DNA of 64,000 bases from an uncultured Bacteroidota bacterium (GTDB taxonomy: Bacteria > CLD3 > SB21). The DNA is taken from contig CAYZJB010000001.1 of assembly GCA_964478735.1 (NCBI GenBank), positions 5,296 to 69,295 of the forward strand. The letters run 5' to 3'. Shown here piece after piece: positions 20,457 to 29,223 of this stretch. Position 1 is the first letter of the stretch; each line of letters begins with the position of its first letter. Position numbers and translations under genes: made by a program. The notes below the pieces were generated by a model. The model searched no databases. It worked only from the letters and a program-made list of their open reading frames with translations, and had not been told where the DNA came from.

Positions 20457-22336
20457 TGAAATCCTTATTATTTCTGCTTTTAACCCTTCTTCTTGTGTCC
20501 AATTCACAAGTTACGGCTCAAGCTCATTTTGACGATGAAGAGCAAGTTTTTGAAAAAACAGACCGGGACGAAGGCTCGATCATTTCTTCTGGCGAAGAAA
20601 AAGCGGACGACTATCTTGACGATGATTTGATCGCCGAAGTGAAAAAACGTTTTCTGGCGGGGTCGGATCGCCTGACGATCGTTCATGGCGATTACGAAAT
20701 GAAAGCCGGACGCCGAACGGACACGGACTTGCTCGTGATCAACGGATCGCTCACCGTCGACGGTACACTGGACGGACATGCGGTCGTGGCCAACGGGAAC
20801 ATTATACTGAAAGAAAGCGGTATTATCACCAAGAATGCCGTGGTCGTCAACGGGAAGATGATCGTTGAAAATTCAGCACAAGTCGAAGGCGACGAGATCC
20901 AGATGGGATGGAGTGATTTACGGGGTCATTCGTCGGAAAAAGTGAAAAAGGCGGAACGGGACGAAGAAAATTGCGATGAACAGTTGACCGATCTGCACGA
21001 CGACATGCAATCCCTCAACAAAGAAATGAGGGACCTGGCGGAGGAGATGAAGAGGCGAAGCGAGGAGATTCGTAATCAGGGACAGGAATTTTCCGCCGCT
21101 TATGCCGAAAGTGAAAATGACCGTTCGGCTTATCGCCATTCATATCGTAACGAATACGATGGCGATGAGGATGAAGAAGCAGAGGACAATGATCGTGCGG
21201 GAAATGTCGACTGGGAGGACCAATGGAACTCGTTTGGATACAAGTCGAAGTACAACAACGATTTTATCGTTTTGCAATACAATCGCGTAAACGGGTTGTT
21301 GCTGGGCGGTAAGCTCGACAAAAATCATCGTTATTTTCGCCGCAAACCGTTCCAGATTTTCGGCCAACTGGCGTATTCGTTCGGTCTGGACCGCGCGGAT
21401 TATCAGTTCGGCGTCAATAAATTTTTCGGGAATCGGTATCGGTTTGAGATCGGCGGAGAATTTCACGATCAACTGCAATCGAACGACGACCGGCTGATCG
21501 GCAACGGGGAAAACACGATCAATGCGCTCCTGTTCAAGCGCGATTTTAAGGATTATTTTCTCGTCGATGGATTCAGCCTTCACGCCGGTCAGAGTTTGAA
21601 TCGACACCTCAAATTGACGGGTACCTATCGCCATGATCGTTACATTTCAGCGGACAATCAGGTCAACTGGGCGCTTTTCCGTCCCACACAGGACTTTCGG
21701 CTGAACCCCGGGATCGACGAAGGACACATGGTGACGGTTGCCGGGCGGGTGGAGTTCAACACGGTTTCCGAAGTACGCATCGGCCGCCGGATTCATAAAC
21801 GCAAAGGCTGGGCGATTGCCGCGGAGGGCGAACGGGGCTTTCGTTCCCTGAATTCCGATTTTCATTTCTCGCGCTATACGGTTGAAGTCGTCCACTATCA
21901 TCCGCTCAGTCGGTGGGAAAATCTGGATACTCGCGTGATGGTGGGTTCTGCGACCGGCGATGTACCGTTGCAAAAATTATTCTACGTCGGCGGGATCAGT
22001 ACGATGCGGGGACACGGTTATAAAGAATTTTCAGGAAACCAGATGGCGCTGGCCAACGTGGAGTATCGCATTCACTCACGGCGTTTTTCCGACGACAGGA
22101 TCTTCTTTATCCATCCGTTCAGCGTCATCCTGTTTGCGGATGCGGGATACGCATGGAACAACGCCATTGATGGTCTGAAAGAGCTGGCCGACGGTGTCCG
22201 GATACGGGACGTGGAAACCGATCTGGGAATAGGATTCGGTGACGAAAAAGATCTTTTCCGGATCGATTTTGCGAAAAATGTTTCCCGGGCCGATAGCGAT
22301 TATAAGATCAATCTCCGATTGAATTACGCATTTTAA
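20457..22336 (+). CDS. Omp85-family outer membrane beta-barrel protein with N-terminal bactofilin-like repeat domain and an acidic coiled-coil linker
   Basis: Signal peptide MKSLLFLLLTLLLVSNSQVTAQA. Repeat LLVINGSLTVDGTLDGHAVVANGNIILKESGIITKNAVVVNGKMIVENSAQVEGDEI. Charged coiled coil with EDNDRAGN acidic stretch. C-terminal FYVGGISTMRGHGY (GG..RG loop-6 motif), NVEYRIH, FADAGYAWNN, terminal NYAF. Confidence 0.6.
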
Positions 22337-22353
22337 TCGTTCGGTTTTGCGAA

Positions 22354-22385
22354 AAAGGGCTGCATGACAGCCCTTTTTCATTTTC
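22354..22385 (+). terminator. rho-independent terminator
   Basis: Stem AGGGCTG / CAGCCCT, loop CATGA, followed by a T-run. Confidence 0.6.
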
Positions 22386-22467
22386 CTAAAAAATTTATTG
22401 CCTCCCTCGGTGAAGGGGCCCAAATTTCATGCATGTTTTTCTTAAGGATGTTTTCAAAGGATATTTC

Positions 22468-24033
22468 ATGAAAATCTGGGTGTTTGGAATTTTCCTGTGG
22501 TTGTTATCCGCGCACGATCCCGCCGTACAGATGGACGACGGGACCATCGAACGTATCCGTACCCAATCGCTCGACAGTTCGTTGGTCATGGATTATTTAT
22601 TCTACCTGACCGAAGCCGTTGGGCCGAGGCTGACCAACTCCACGGGCTATATCCGCGCTTCGCAGTGGGCCGTGCAGGCGCTGAATGAACTGGGATTTCA
22701 ATCGAAACTGGAACCCTATGGGGAATTCGGGCGAGGATGGGATTTGAAGGCGTTTCACGCCACGATGACAAAACCGTACGTCATGCCACTGATCGCTTTT
22801 CCACGGGCGTGGTCTCCGGGAACGAACGGGACGGCGAAAGGACGCGTCGTTTACATTGCCGAAATGGGATTGGACGAGGTGAAACAAAAATGGCAGGGAA
22901 AGTTGAAGGGTAAAATTGTTCTTTTTGGAAAACCCTCGGCCGTCGTGTCGTCGTTTGAAGCTTTTGCATCTCGTTGGACGGACAGTGCGCTGGCGGCGAT
23001 GGCGGGAGATTCGGGAGAAAGCGCGGTATCGTGGCGTGAACAGGCAAGGCGAAGTCCCTGGTATCAGGCGTATCGTGAACGGCAGAAGATTGTTTCATGG
23101 CTCGACTCGCAACAACCGGCCGTGATCATTCAGGGCGGCGACCCTCGCGGCAAAGGCGCTCACGGAACCGTCTTTGTACAGCAGGCCGCGCGGCCCCTCA
23201 AGGAAAATGACGACCCGTTCGCCGACTCGAGTACGCCGATCTATGGAAAACAGTCTCCCCTGCACGCCGCCCAGGTAGCGGTTGCCTCCGAACATTTCAA
23301 CACGATGGCACGACTGGCCGAACATGGAATGGCCGTGGAAATGGAATGCCGTGTCGACGTACAGTTTGTCGATCACGACTTGCAGGGGTATAATGTGATC
23401 GCCGAATGGGAAGGCTCTGATCGTAAAGACGAAGTCGTCATGGTCGGTGCGCACCTGGATTCCTGGCAGAGTTCCACGGGCACGACGGACAATGCCGCCA
23501 ATTGCGCGACGATCATGGAGGCGCTACGAATTCTGAAAACTCTCGGGATCGCACCGCGACGTACGATCCGGCTGATCCTATGGACGGGCGAAGAGCAGGG
23601 ACTCTTCGGATCCAAAGGATACGTGGCCAATCACTTCGGTAACGCGTCGGACAAAAAACCCGGTTTCGACAAACTCATCGCGTATTTCAATCTGGACAAT
23701 GGAGCCGGGCAGATTCGCGGAATCTACGCTGAAAATGACAGGCGCGTAGCGACAACGTTTGCCGAATGGTTACGGCCGTTCAACGATTGGGGTGCCGGTA
23801 CGGTGACGTTAAAATCCGTCGGCTCCACGGATCACGAACCATTTCAAAAAGCCGGTCTGCCGGGGTTTCAGTTTATTCAGGATCCGCTGGATTACCACAC
23901 GCGCACACACCATTCGAATATGGATACGTACGACCGTGTGATCCCTCAGGATGTTAAACGTAATGCGGCTATCGTTGCCTATTTCATCTGGATGGCTGCA
24001 ACATCAGAAAAAAAACTCGCCGAATCGAAATAG
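22468..24033 (+). CDS. M28 family zinc peptidase (aminopeptidase with PA domain), secreted
   Basis: Signal peptide MKIWVFGIFLWLLSA; VVMVGAHLDSW, DNAANCATIMEA and LWTGEEQGLFGS motifs. Confidence 0.8.
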   Translation: MKIWVFGIFLWLLSAHDPAVQMDDGTIERIRTQSLDSSLVMDYLFYLTEAVGPRLTNSTGYIRASQWAVQALNELGFQSKLEPYGEFGRGWDLKAFHATMTKPYVMPLIAFPRAWSPGTNGTAKGRVVYIAEMGLDEVKQKWQGKLKGKIVLFGKPSAVVSSFEAFASRWTDSALAAMAGDSGESAVSWREQARRSPWYQAYRERQKIVSWLDSQQPAVIIQGGDPRGKGAHGTVFVQQAARPLKENDDPFADSSTPIYGKQSPLHAAQVAVASEHFNTMARLAEHGMAVEMECRVDVQFVDHDLQGYNVIAEWEGSDRKDEVVMVGAHLDSWQSSTGTTDNAANCATIMEALRILKTLGIAPRRTIRLILWTGEEQGLFGSKGYVANHFGNASDKKPGFDKLIAYFNLDNGAGQIRGIYAENDRRVATTFAEWLRPFNDWGAGTVTLKSVGSTDHEPFQKAGLPGFQFIQDPLDYHTRTHHSNMDTYDRVIPQDVKRNAAIVAYFIWMAATSEKKLAESK

Positions 24034-24039
24034 ATTTAA

Positions 24040-24080
24040 AAAAAGACACTTTTCGATGAAGGAAAAGTGTCTTTTTTTCC
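24040..24080 (+). terminator. rho-independent terminator
   Basis: Stem AAAGACACTTTTC / GAAAAGTGTCTTT followed by TTTTTTT. Confidence 0.7.
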
Positions 24081-24150
24081 TTCCCTTACCTTGACTTTAC
24101 TTTGACCGTGTCTTACTTTAAAAATGTGTTGCATGTCACACACAAACACC

Positions 24151-25113
24151 ATGTATAACTTGTTTGAAATCAAGTCTTTAAGTAAAAATTTTAACGTTTC
24201 CCGTTTTTTCTCACGCTCACCAAAAAATCGTATACGAGCTGTAGACGATGTCACGTTCACAATCCGTGATGGTGAAACACTCGCCCTCGTGGGTGAGTCG
24301 GGCAGTGGAAAAAGTACGACCGGTCGATGCCTGTTGCGCCTCGTCGAGCCGACTTCAGGCAGTATTCTGTATGATGGTAAAGATTTATTGACGCGGTCGG
24401 CGTCGGAAATCCGGAAGTTGCGGCGTGAAATTCAGATCATTTTTCAGGATCCGTTCAGTTCACTGAACCCGCGTATGTCCGTCGACACAATGCTTCGCGA
24501 AGGTCTCGAACTCCATCGCATCGCGACCGGCCCTGACGCAACGCGTTTGATCGCGTTGCTGCTCGATCAGGTCGGTCTGCCGGCGGATGCGATGCATCGT
24601 TATCCGCATGAATTTTCCGGAGGCCAGCGTCAGCGCATCGCCATTGCGCGGGCCTTGATTGTGAAACCGCGTTTTATCGTATGTGACGAACCCGTTTCAG
24701 CCCTCGATGTATCGGTTCGCGCGCAAATATTAAATTTACTCACCGAATTGAAAAAGCAGTTTCGTCTGACGACGCTGTTCATTTCGCACGACATGGCGGT
24801 GGTCCGGCAGGTTGCGGATTCGATCGCCGTGATGTATCGCGGACAACTGGTCGAGTGGGGACCGGCGGATGAAGTGCTTCTACGCCCCCGTCATCCTTAT
24901 ACGCAAATGTTGCTGGCGTCCGTGCCGACCATGAAAGTCGGGCACACGGAATTTATTCTTCCGCCGAGGTCGACGCCGCCGGAGAGGGGATGCAAGTTTG
25001 CCGATCGATGTTCGTTGAGATACGAACGTTGTGACAGTCTAGAACCTTCATGGACTCCGGTGGCGCCCCGGGTATGGGCGCGTTGTCATATGCTTTCGGA
25101 GTCACCGAATTAA
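24151..25113 (+). CDS. orphan ABC transporter ATP-binding protein, oligopeptide/dipeptide (OppF/DppF) type
   Basis: GESGSGKST, SGGQRQRIAIARAL and the C-terminal oligopeptide-ABC extension (RHPYTQMLL...GCKFADRC). No permease or substrate-binding genes are adjacent. Confidence 0.8.
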   Translation: MYNLFEIKSLSKNFNVSRFFSRSPKNRIRAVDDVTFTIRDGETLALVGESGSGKSTTGRCLLRLVEPTSGSILYDGKDLLTRSASEIRKLRREIQIIFQDPFSSLNPRMSVDTMLREGLELHRIATGPDATRLIALLLDQVGLPADAMHRYPHEFSGGQRQRIAIARALIVKPRFIVCDEPVSALDVSVRAQILNLLTELKKQFRLTTLFISHDMAVVRQVADSIAVMYRGQLVEWGPADEVLLRPRHPYTQMLLASVPTMKVGHTEFILPPRSTPPERGCKFADRCSLRYERCDSLEPSWTPVAPRVWARCHMLSESPN

Positions 25114-25132
25114 TCCGACTAGAGGTAACGTT

Positions 25133-25507
25133 ATGACCACCGCTGAAGAGAAAAAAATCCATTACGATTCGATCGATGTCTCCGATATTCGCGTCATGCG
25201 GATCCGAGATCGGCGCGTGGACGCAAGGATCTCCTCGCTGTATAAACAGGAGTTCGTCGCGTTCCGTACCGACGACATGGTCAAGGTCGTGGTCGATCTG
25301 TCCGACGTGGAATTTATGGATTCGTCGGGTCTGGGCGCACTCCTGCTTGGACGTCGGATGTTTACCGAAGATGGCGGCGATTTGAAAATCGTCGGTGCTC
25401 ATGACAAAGTGATGGGAATGTTCCGCATCGCCAAACTCGACCGCGTTTTCAATTTCCACGACACGACGGATGCGGCCATTACAAAATTCAACGAACAATC
25501 CGTCTGA
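25133..25507 (+). CDS. STAS-domain anti-sigma factor antagonist (SpoIIAA-like)
   Basis: VVDLSDVEFMDSSGLGALL with the conserved phosphorylatable Ser context. Confidence 0.8.
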   Translation: MTTAEEKKIHYDSIDVSDIRVMRIRDRRVDARISSLYKQEFVAFRTDDMVKVVVDLSDVEFMDSSGLGALLLGRRMFTEDGGDLKIVGAHDKVMGMFRIAKLDRVFNFHDTTDAAITKFNEQSV

Positions 25508-25634
25508 CCCTCCATCTTCTGACTCACCATAAGTCCCGCAGTTAAAATTCCATAAGGGTTCGGATAATCTGTATCACGGGCGCTTTTACGAGATGATTTC
25601 GTACGTGGACACCCATTGTTCAAGGTTATTTGCG

Positions 25635-25663
25635 TTGACATTCAGTAGTGATTTGGTTAAAAT
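25635..25663 (+). promoter_or_regulatory. near-consensus sigma70 promoter upstream of the Roadblock pair
   Basis: TTGACA, 17-nt spacer, TAAAAT. Confidence 0.5.
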
Positions 25664-25720
25664 GCTTCGTCCGTAACACCTTATTTTACCTGCGATTGTG
25701 ATTAACCCCGAGGCTGGTTT

Positions 25721-26071
25721 ATGGAAGAAATTTTAAAACGTCTGAGGAATGACACACCGGGCGTCAGTGCGGTCGCACTGGTGAGCAGCGACGGCCTGGT
25801 TATTTCCTCTCTTCTGCCGGACAACATTGAAGCGGAAAAAGTCGCCGCTATTTCCGCCGCTTTGCTCAACCAGGGCGAGACGAGTTCTGAGGACGCGATG
25901 TTGGGTGAAATGTCACAAATTGCGATCCGTTCAAAAGACGGCTTTATCATTATCAGTCGCGCGGGTAAGGACACGCTGCTGACCGTTTTTACCACGACGA
26001 GCGCCAAACTGGGTATGGTGCTGTTTGACATACAATCGGCGACCCGCGAACTCCGGGCCCACGTGCATTGA
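25721..26071 (+). CDS. Roadblock/LC7 domain protein (MglB-like)
   Basis: GVSAVALVSSDGLVISS ... DGFIIISRAGKDTLLTVFT alpha-beta-beta-alpha-beta-alpha pattern typical of the LC7/Robl fold. Confidence 0.75.
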   Translation: MEEILKRLRNDTPGVSAVALVSSDGLVISSLLPDNIEAEKVAAISAALLNQGETSSEDAMLGEMSQIAIRSKDGFIIISRAGKDTLLTVFTTTSAKLGMVLFDIQSATRELRAHVH

Positions 26072-26073
26072 CC

Positions 26074-26484
26074 ATGGCGATTCCTCATAAGAAATTTTTC
26101 GATGACGTGATCCGTAGCATTCAGAGCGCGGACGCGTCTGCCGTGATTGCCGTCGTCTCCCAGGACGGGCTGGTTCTCAGTTCCAACAAAGAAGACTCCG
26201 AAATCGAAGGGCAGCTTGCTGCGTTGTCGTCTTACACGCTGGATACCAGTGGACGGCTTTTTGCCCTTCCGCAACCGGGCAAGGACAACGGTCCCCACGA
26301 CGACACCCGTACGTTGCTTGCCGTCGGAGACCACCGGTACGTTTGTGTGACGCGACTGATTGCATCCGCCCTGCTGGTTGCCGCCGGAGAAGACAAAACA
26401 AAAATTGCCGCCGTCATGCGGAAGTCACTCGAATGGGTGGACGAGATCCAAAACAAGATTAAACAAAAAGAACTGTTTTTATAA
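26074..26484 (+). CDS. Roadblock/LC7 domain protein, second paralog
   Basis: ASAVIAVVSQDGLVLSS... pattern. Start overlaps or abuts the upstream stop. Confidence 0.7.
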   Translation: MAIPHKKFFDDVIRSIQSADASAVIAVVSQDGLVLSSNKEDSEIEGQLAALSSYTLDTSGRLFALPQPGKDNGPHDDTRTLLAVGDHRYVCVTRLIASALLVAAGEDKTKIAAVMRKSLEWVDEIQNKIKQKELFL

Positions 26485-26495
26485 CGCAGGGGCGT

Positions 26496-27857
26496 ATGGC
26501 GTATTATTCTCACATTCTGGATGTCATCGGTCGAACACCTCTGGTCAAACTCAACCGCGTTGGCGTACATCTGGAATGTAACCTGTTCGGAAAGTGTGAA
26601 TTCTTGAATCCCGGAGGTTCCCTGAAAGACCGGATCGGCTACTCGATGGTGGAAGCAGCGGAAAAAGAAGGCAGGATCCGTCCGGGCGATACGCTGATCG
26701 AGCCGACGAGCGGCAATACGGGAATAGGACTTGCACTCGCGGGTGCCGTCAAAGGGTACCGGGTGATCATTACGATGCCGGAAAAAATGAGCCGCGAAAA
26801 ACAGGTCGTTCTCGAAGCGCTCGGGGCGGAAATTATCCGTACTCCGACTGAGGCGGCGTACGATTCACCCGAGAGTCACATTAGCGTTGCACGGCGGCTG
26901 CAAAAAGAACTGCCCAACGCGCATATTCTGGATCAGTATTCCAATCCCAACAACCCGTTGATTCACTATAAAACAACTGCGGAAGAAATTCTGAATGACC
27001 TGGAGGGGCGTGTCGACATGGTAGTGATGGGGGCGGGAACCGGCGGATCGATCACCGGCGTTGCCAAGCGGATGAAGGAAGTGAACGCGAAATGTATCAT
27101 TGTCGGCGCCGATCCCGTCGGCAGCATCTTAGGCGGCGGCAGCGAAGTGGGCACCTATAAAGTCGAGGGCATCGGGTACGATTTTATTCCTGAAGTGTTG
27201 GATCGAAATCTTGTAGACGAATGGGTCAAGACGGAGGACCAGCAGTCGTTTTTGCTTTCGCGACGTCTGATTCGTGAGGAGGGTCTGCTGGTCGGCGGCT
27301 CCAGCGGGTCGGTCCTTTATGCGGCCTTGAAGGCGGCCCCCCGCTTGAAAAAAGGACAAAATTGCGTGGTCGTACTGCCCGACGGCGTACGCAATTACAT
27401 GACCAAATTTGTCGACGACAAATGGATGCGGGAAAACGGATTTTTCCAGACCAAGCCGTTGCACGGGCGAGTCAAAGACCTGTTGATGAAAGTGTCCGAG
27501 CGTCCGCCTCTGACATGCGCGGACGACATGCAGACCGTCGGATCGGTTATTACGATCATGCGCGAAAAAGGCATTTCGCAATTACCGGTTACCTCCGGCG
27601 GTGTCCTGGTGGGGATGGTTTCGGAGGCCGACCTGATGGAGTTTTTGGTCTCGGGTGCCGGTTCGATGGACGCGCTGGTATCGAAATGCACAAACCGACA
27701 GGTGCCGAGTGTCGGATTCAACACGCCGATCAGTACGCTGCAGGATGCGCTCCGTAAAAGTCCGGCGGCCGTCGTTGTCGACGAAGACAAGAAGCCGGTG
27801 AGCATTATGACGCGCATCGATTTACTCGATTTTTTGACCGAAGAAAACAAAGGATAA
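26496..27857 (+). CDS. cystathionine beta-synthase (PLP fold-type II with C-terminal CBS pair)
   Basis: PLVKLNR, NPGGSLKDRIG and EPTSGNTGIGLA motifs; tandem CBS motifs at the C-terminus. Confidence 0.82.
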   Translation: MAYYSHILDVIGRTPLVKLNRVGVHLECNLFGKCEFLNPGGSLKDRIGYSMVEAAEKEGRIRPGDTLIEPTSGNTGIGLALAGAVKGYRVIITMPEKMSREKQVVLEALGAEIIRTPTEAAYDSPESHISVARRLQKELPNAHILDQYSNPNNPLIHYKTTAEEILNDLEGRVDMVVMGAGTGGSITGVAKRMKEVNAKCIIVGADPVGSILGGGSEVGTYKVEGIGYDFIPEVLDRNLVDEWVKTEDQQSFLLSRRLIREEGLLVGGSSGSVLYAALKAAPRLKKGQNCVVVLPDGVRNYMTKFVDDKWMRENGFFQTKPLHGRVKDLLMKVSERPPLTCADDMQTVGSVITIMREKGISQLPVTSGGVLVGMVSEADLMEFLVSGAGSMDALVSKCTNRQVPSVGFNTPISTLQDALRKSPAAVVVDEDKKPVSIMTRIDLLDFLTEENKG

Positions 27858-27860
27858 TCC

Positions 27861-29003
27861 ATGGGATTCAGTACCGACGCCATTCATGCCGGTCAGCGGC
27901 CCGATCCGACGACCGGGGCCGTCATGACGCCGATTTACCAGACGTCGACGTACGCGCAGGAGGAACTGGGCGTCAGCAAGGGGTTTGACTACGGCCGTAC
28001 GATCAACCCGACCCGTCTGGCGCTCGAGGCCAATATTTCCACGCTTGAAAAAGGAAAATACGGGATTGCATTTGCCAGCGGGCTGGCCTCGCTGCAGGCG
28101 GTAGCGGGTTTGCTCAGCCAGGGCGACCACGTCGTGGCGTCCCATAACGTGTACGGCGGTACGTTCCGCTTTTTTGAACGCATCATGAAGCGTTACGGCG
28201 TCAACGTGTCGTGGGTCGATACAACCGACACCCGCAACATGTCGGCGGCGATCCGGCCGGAGACGAAAATGATTTTCGTCGAAACACCGACCAATCCGAT
28301 GCTGATGATAACGGATCTTGCCGCCGTTGCGGAACTGAGTCGGAAGCACAAACTGATCAGCGTGGTGGATAATACGTTCATGAGTCCCTATTTTCAGACG
28401 CCGCTCGAATTCGGGATCGATATCGTTCTGCACAGTACGACCAAGTACATCAACGGCCACAGCGACGTCATCGGGGGAATTCTGGTGACCGGCCGCGCGG
28501 ACCTGCATGAGTCGCTTCGCTTTTTGCAGAACGCCATCGGCGCCGTACCGTCGCCCATGGATTGTTTTTTCGTACTGCGGGCGACGAAGACCCTTGCCCT
28601 CCGGATGCGTCAGCATAACGACAATGCGATCCGGATGGCCAATTTTCTGGTCGAACATCCCAAAATCAAAAAAGTTCTGTACCCCGGGCTCCCTTCGCAT
28701 CCGCAGCACGCGCTGGCAAAAAAACAAATGCGCGGTTTTGGCGGCATGGTTTCTGTGGAAATGGGATCGCTCGAGGCGGGCAAACAGCTCGTCAAAAACG
28801 TGCGACTTTTTGCCCTTGCCGAGTCCCTCGGCGGCGTGGAAAGTCTGATCTGCCATCCGGCCAGCATGACCCACGCATCGGTCCCGAAGGAGGAACGCGA
28901 CAAACTGGGATTGACCGACGGTCTGGTGCGGCTGTCCGTCGGATGCGAAGATGCGGAGGATTTGATCGAAGACGTCCGTTCGGCGCTGGAGAAAGTCGGA
29001 TGA
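27861..29003 (+). CDS. cystathionine gamma-lyase/gamma-synthase family PLP enzyme
   Basis: TPIYQTSTY N-terminus; TKYINGHSDVIGG region with the PLP lysine. Confidence 0.85.
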   Translation: MGFSTDAIHAGQRPDPTTGAVMTPIYQTSTYAQEELGVSKGFDYGRTINPTRLALEANISTLEKGKYGIAFASGLASLQAVAGLLSQGDHVVASHNVYGGTFRFFERIMKRYGVNVSWVDTTDTRNMSAAIRPETKMIFVETPTNPMLMITDLAAVAELSRKHKLISVVDNTFMSPYFQTPLEFGIDIVLHSTTKYINGHSDVIGGILVTGRADLHESLRFLQNAIGAVPSPMDCFFVLRATKTLALRMRQHNDNAIRMANFLVEHPKIKKVLYPGLPSHPQHALAKKQMRGFGGMVSVEMGSLEAGKQLVKNVRLFALAESLGGVESLICHPASMTHASVPKEERDKLGLTDGLVRLSVGCEDAEDLIEDVRSALEKVG

Positions 29004-29218
29004 TCCACATCAATTACGATAAATGCGACTTGTGCGGTGCGTGTGTCGGCGTCTGTCCGTTTGACGCGCTCGAGCTTTCCGAATCCCGCCTTAGCGTTAT
29101 TCATTCCAATTGTACTGAGTGCGATTTTTGCGTGGAAATCTGTCCGTTCGAAGTTCTTCACAATGACGGTGTTCCGCTACGGCCTCGCGCGTCGGAACGC
29201 CGCAAGCAGGCTGTGTGA
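29000..29218 (+). CDS. small 2x[4Fe-4S] ferredoxin
   Basis: CDLCGACVGVCP and CTECDFCVEICP motifs. ATGA overlap with the upstream gene. Confidence 0.8.
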   Translation: MIHINYDKCDLCGACVGVCPFDALELSESRLSVIHSNCTECDFCVEICPFEVLHNDGVPLRPRASERRKQAV

Positions 29219-29223
29219 CATGC

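Noticed and set aside
27822-28874. 350-aa minus-strand ORF
   Set aside because: It is antisense to the cystathionine gamma-lyase gene, which has strong PLP-enzyme motifs. Its composition is Arg/His-rich.
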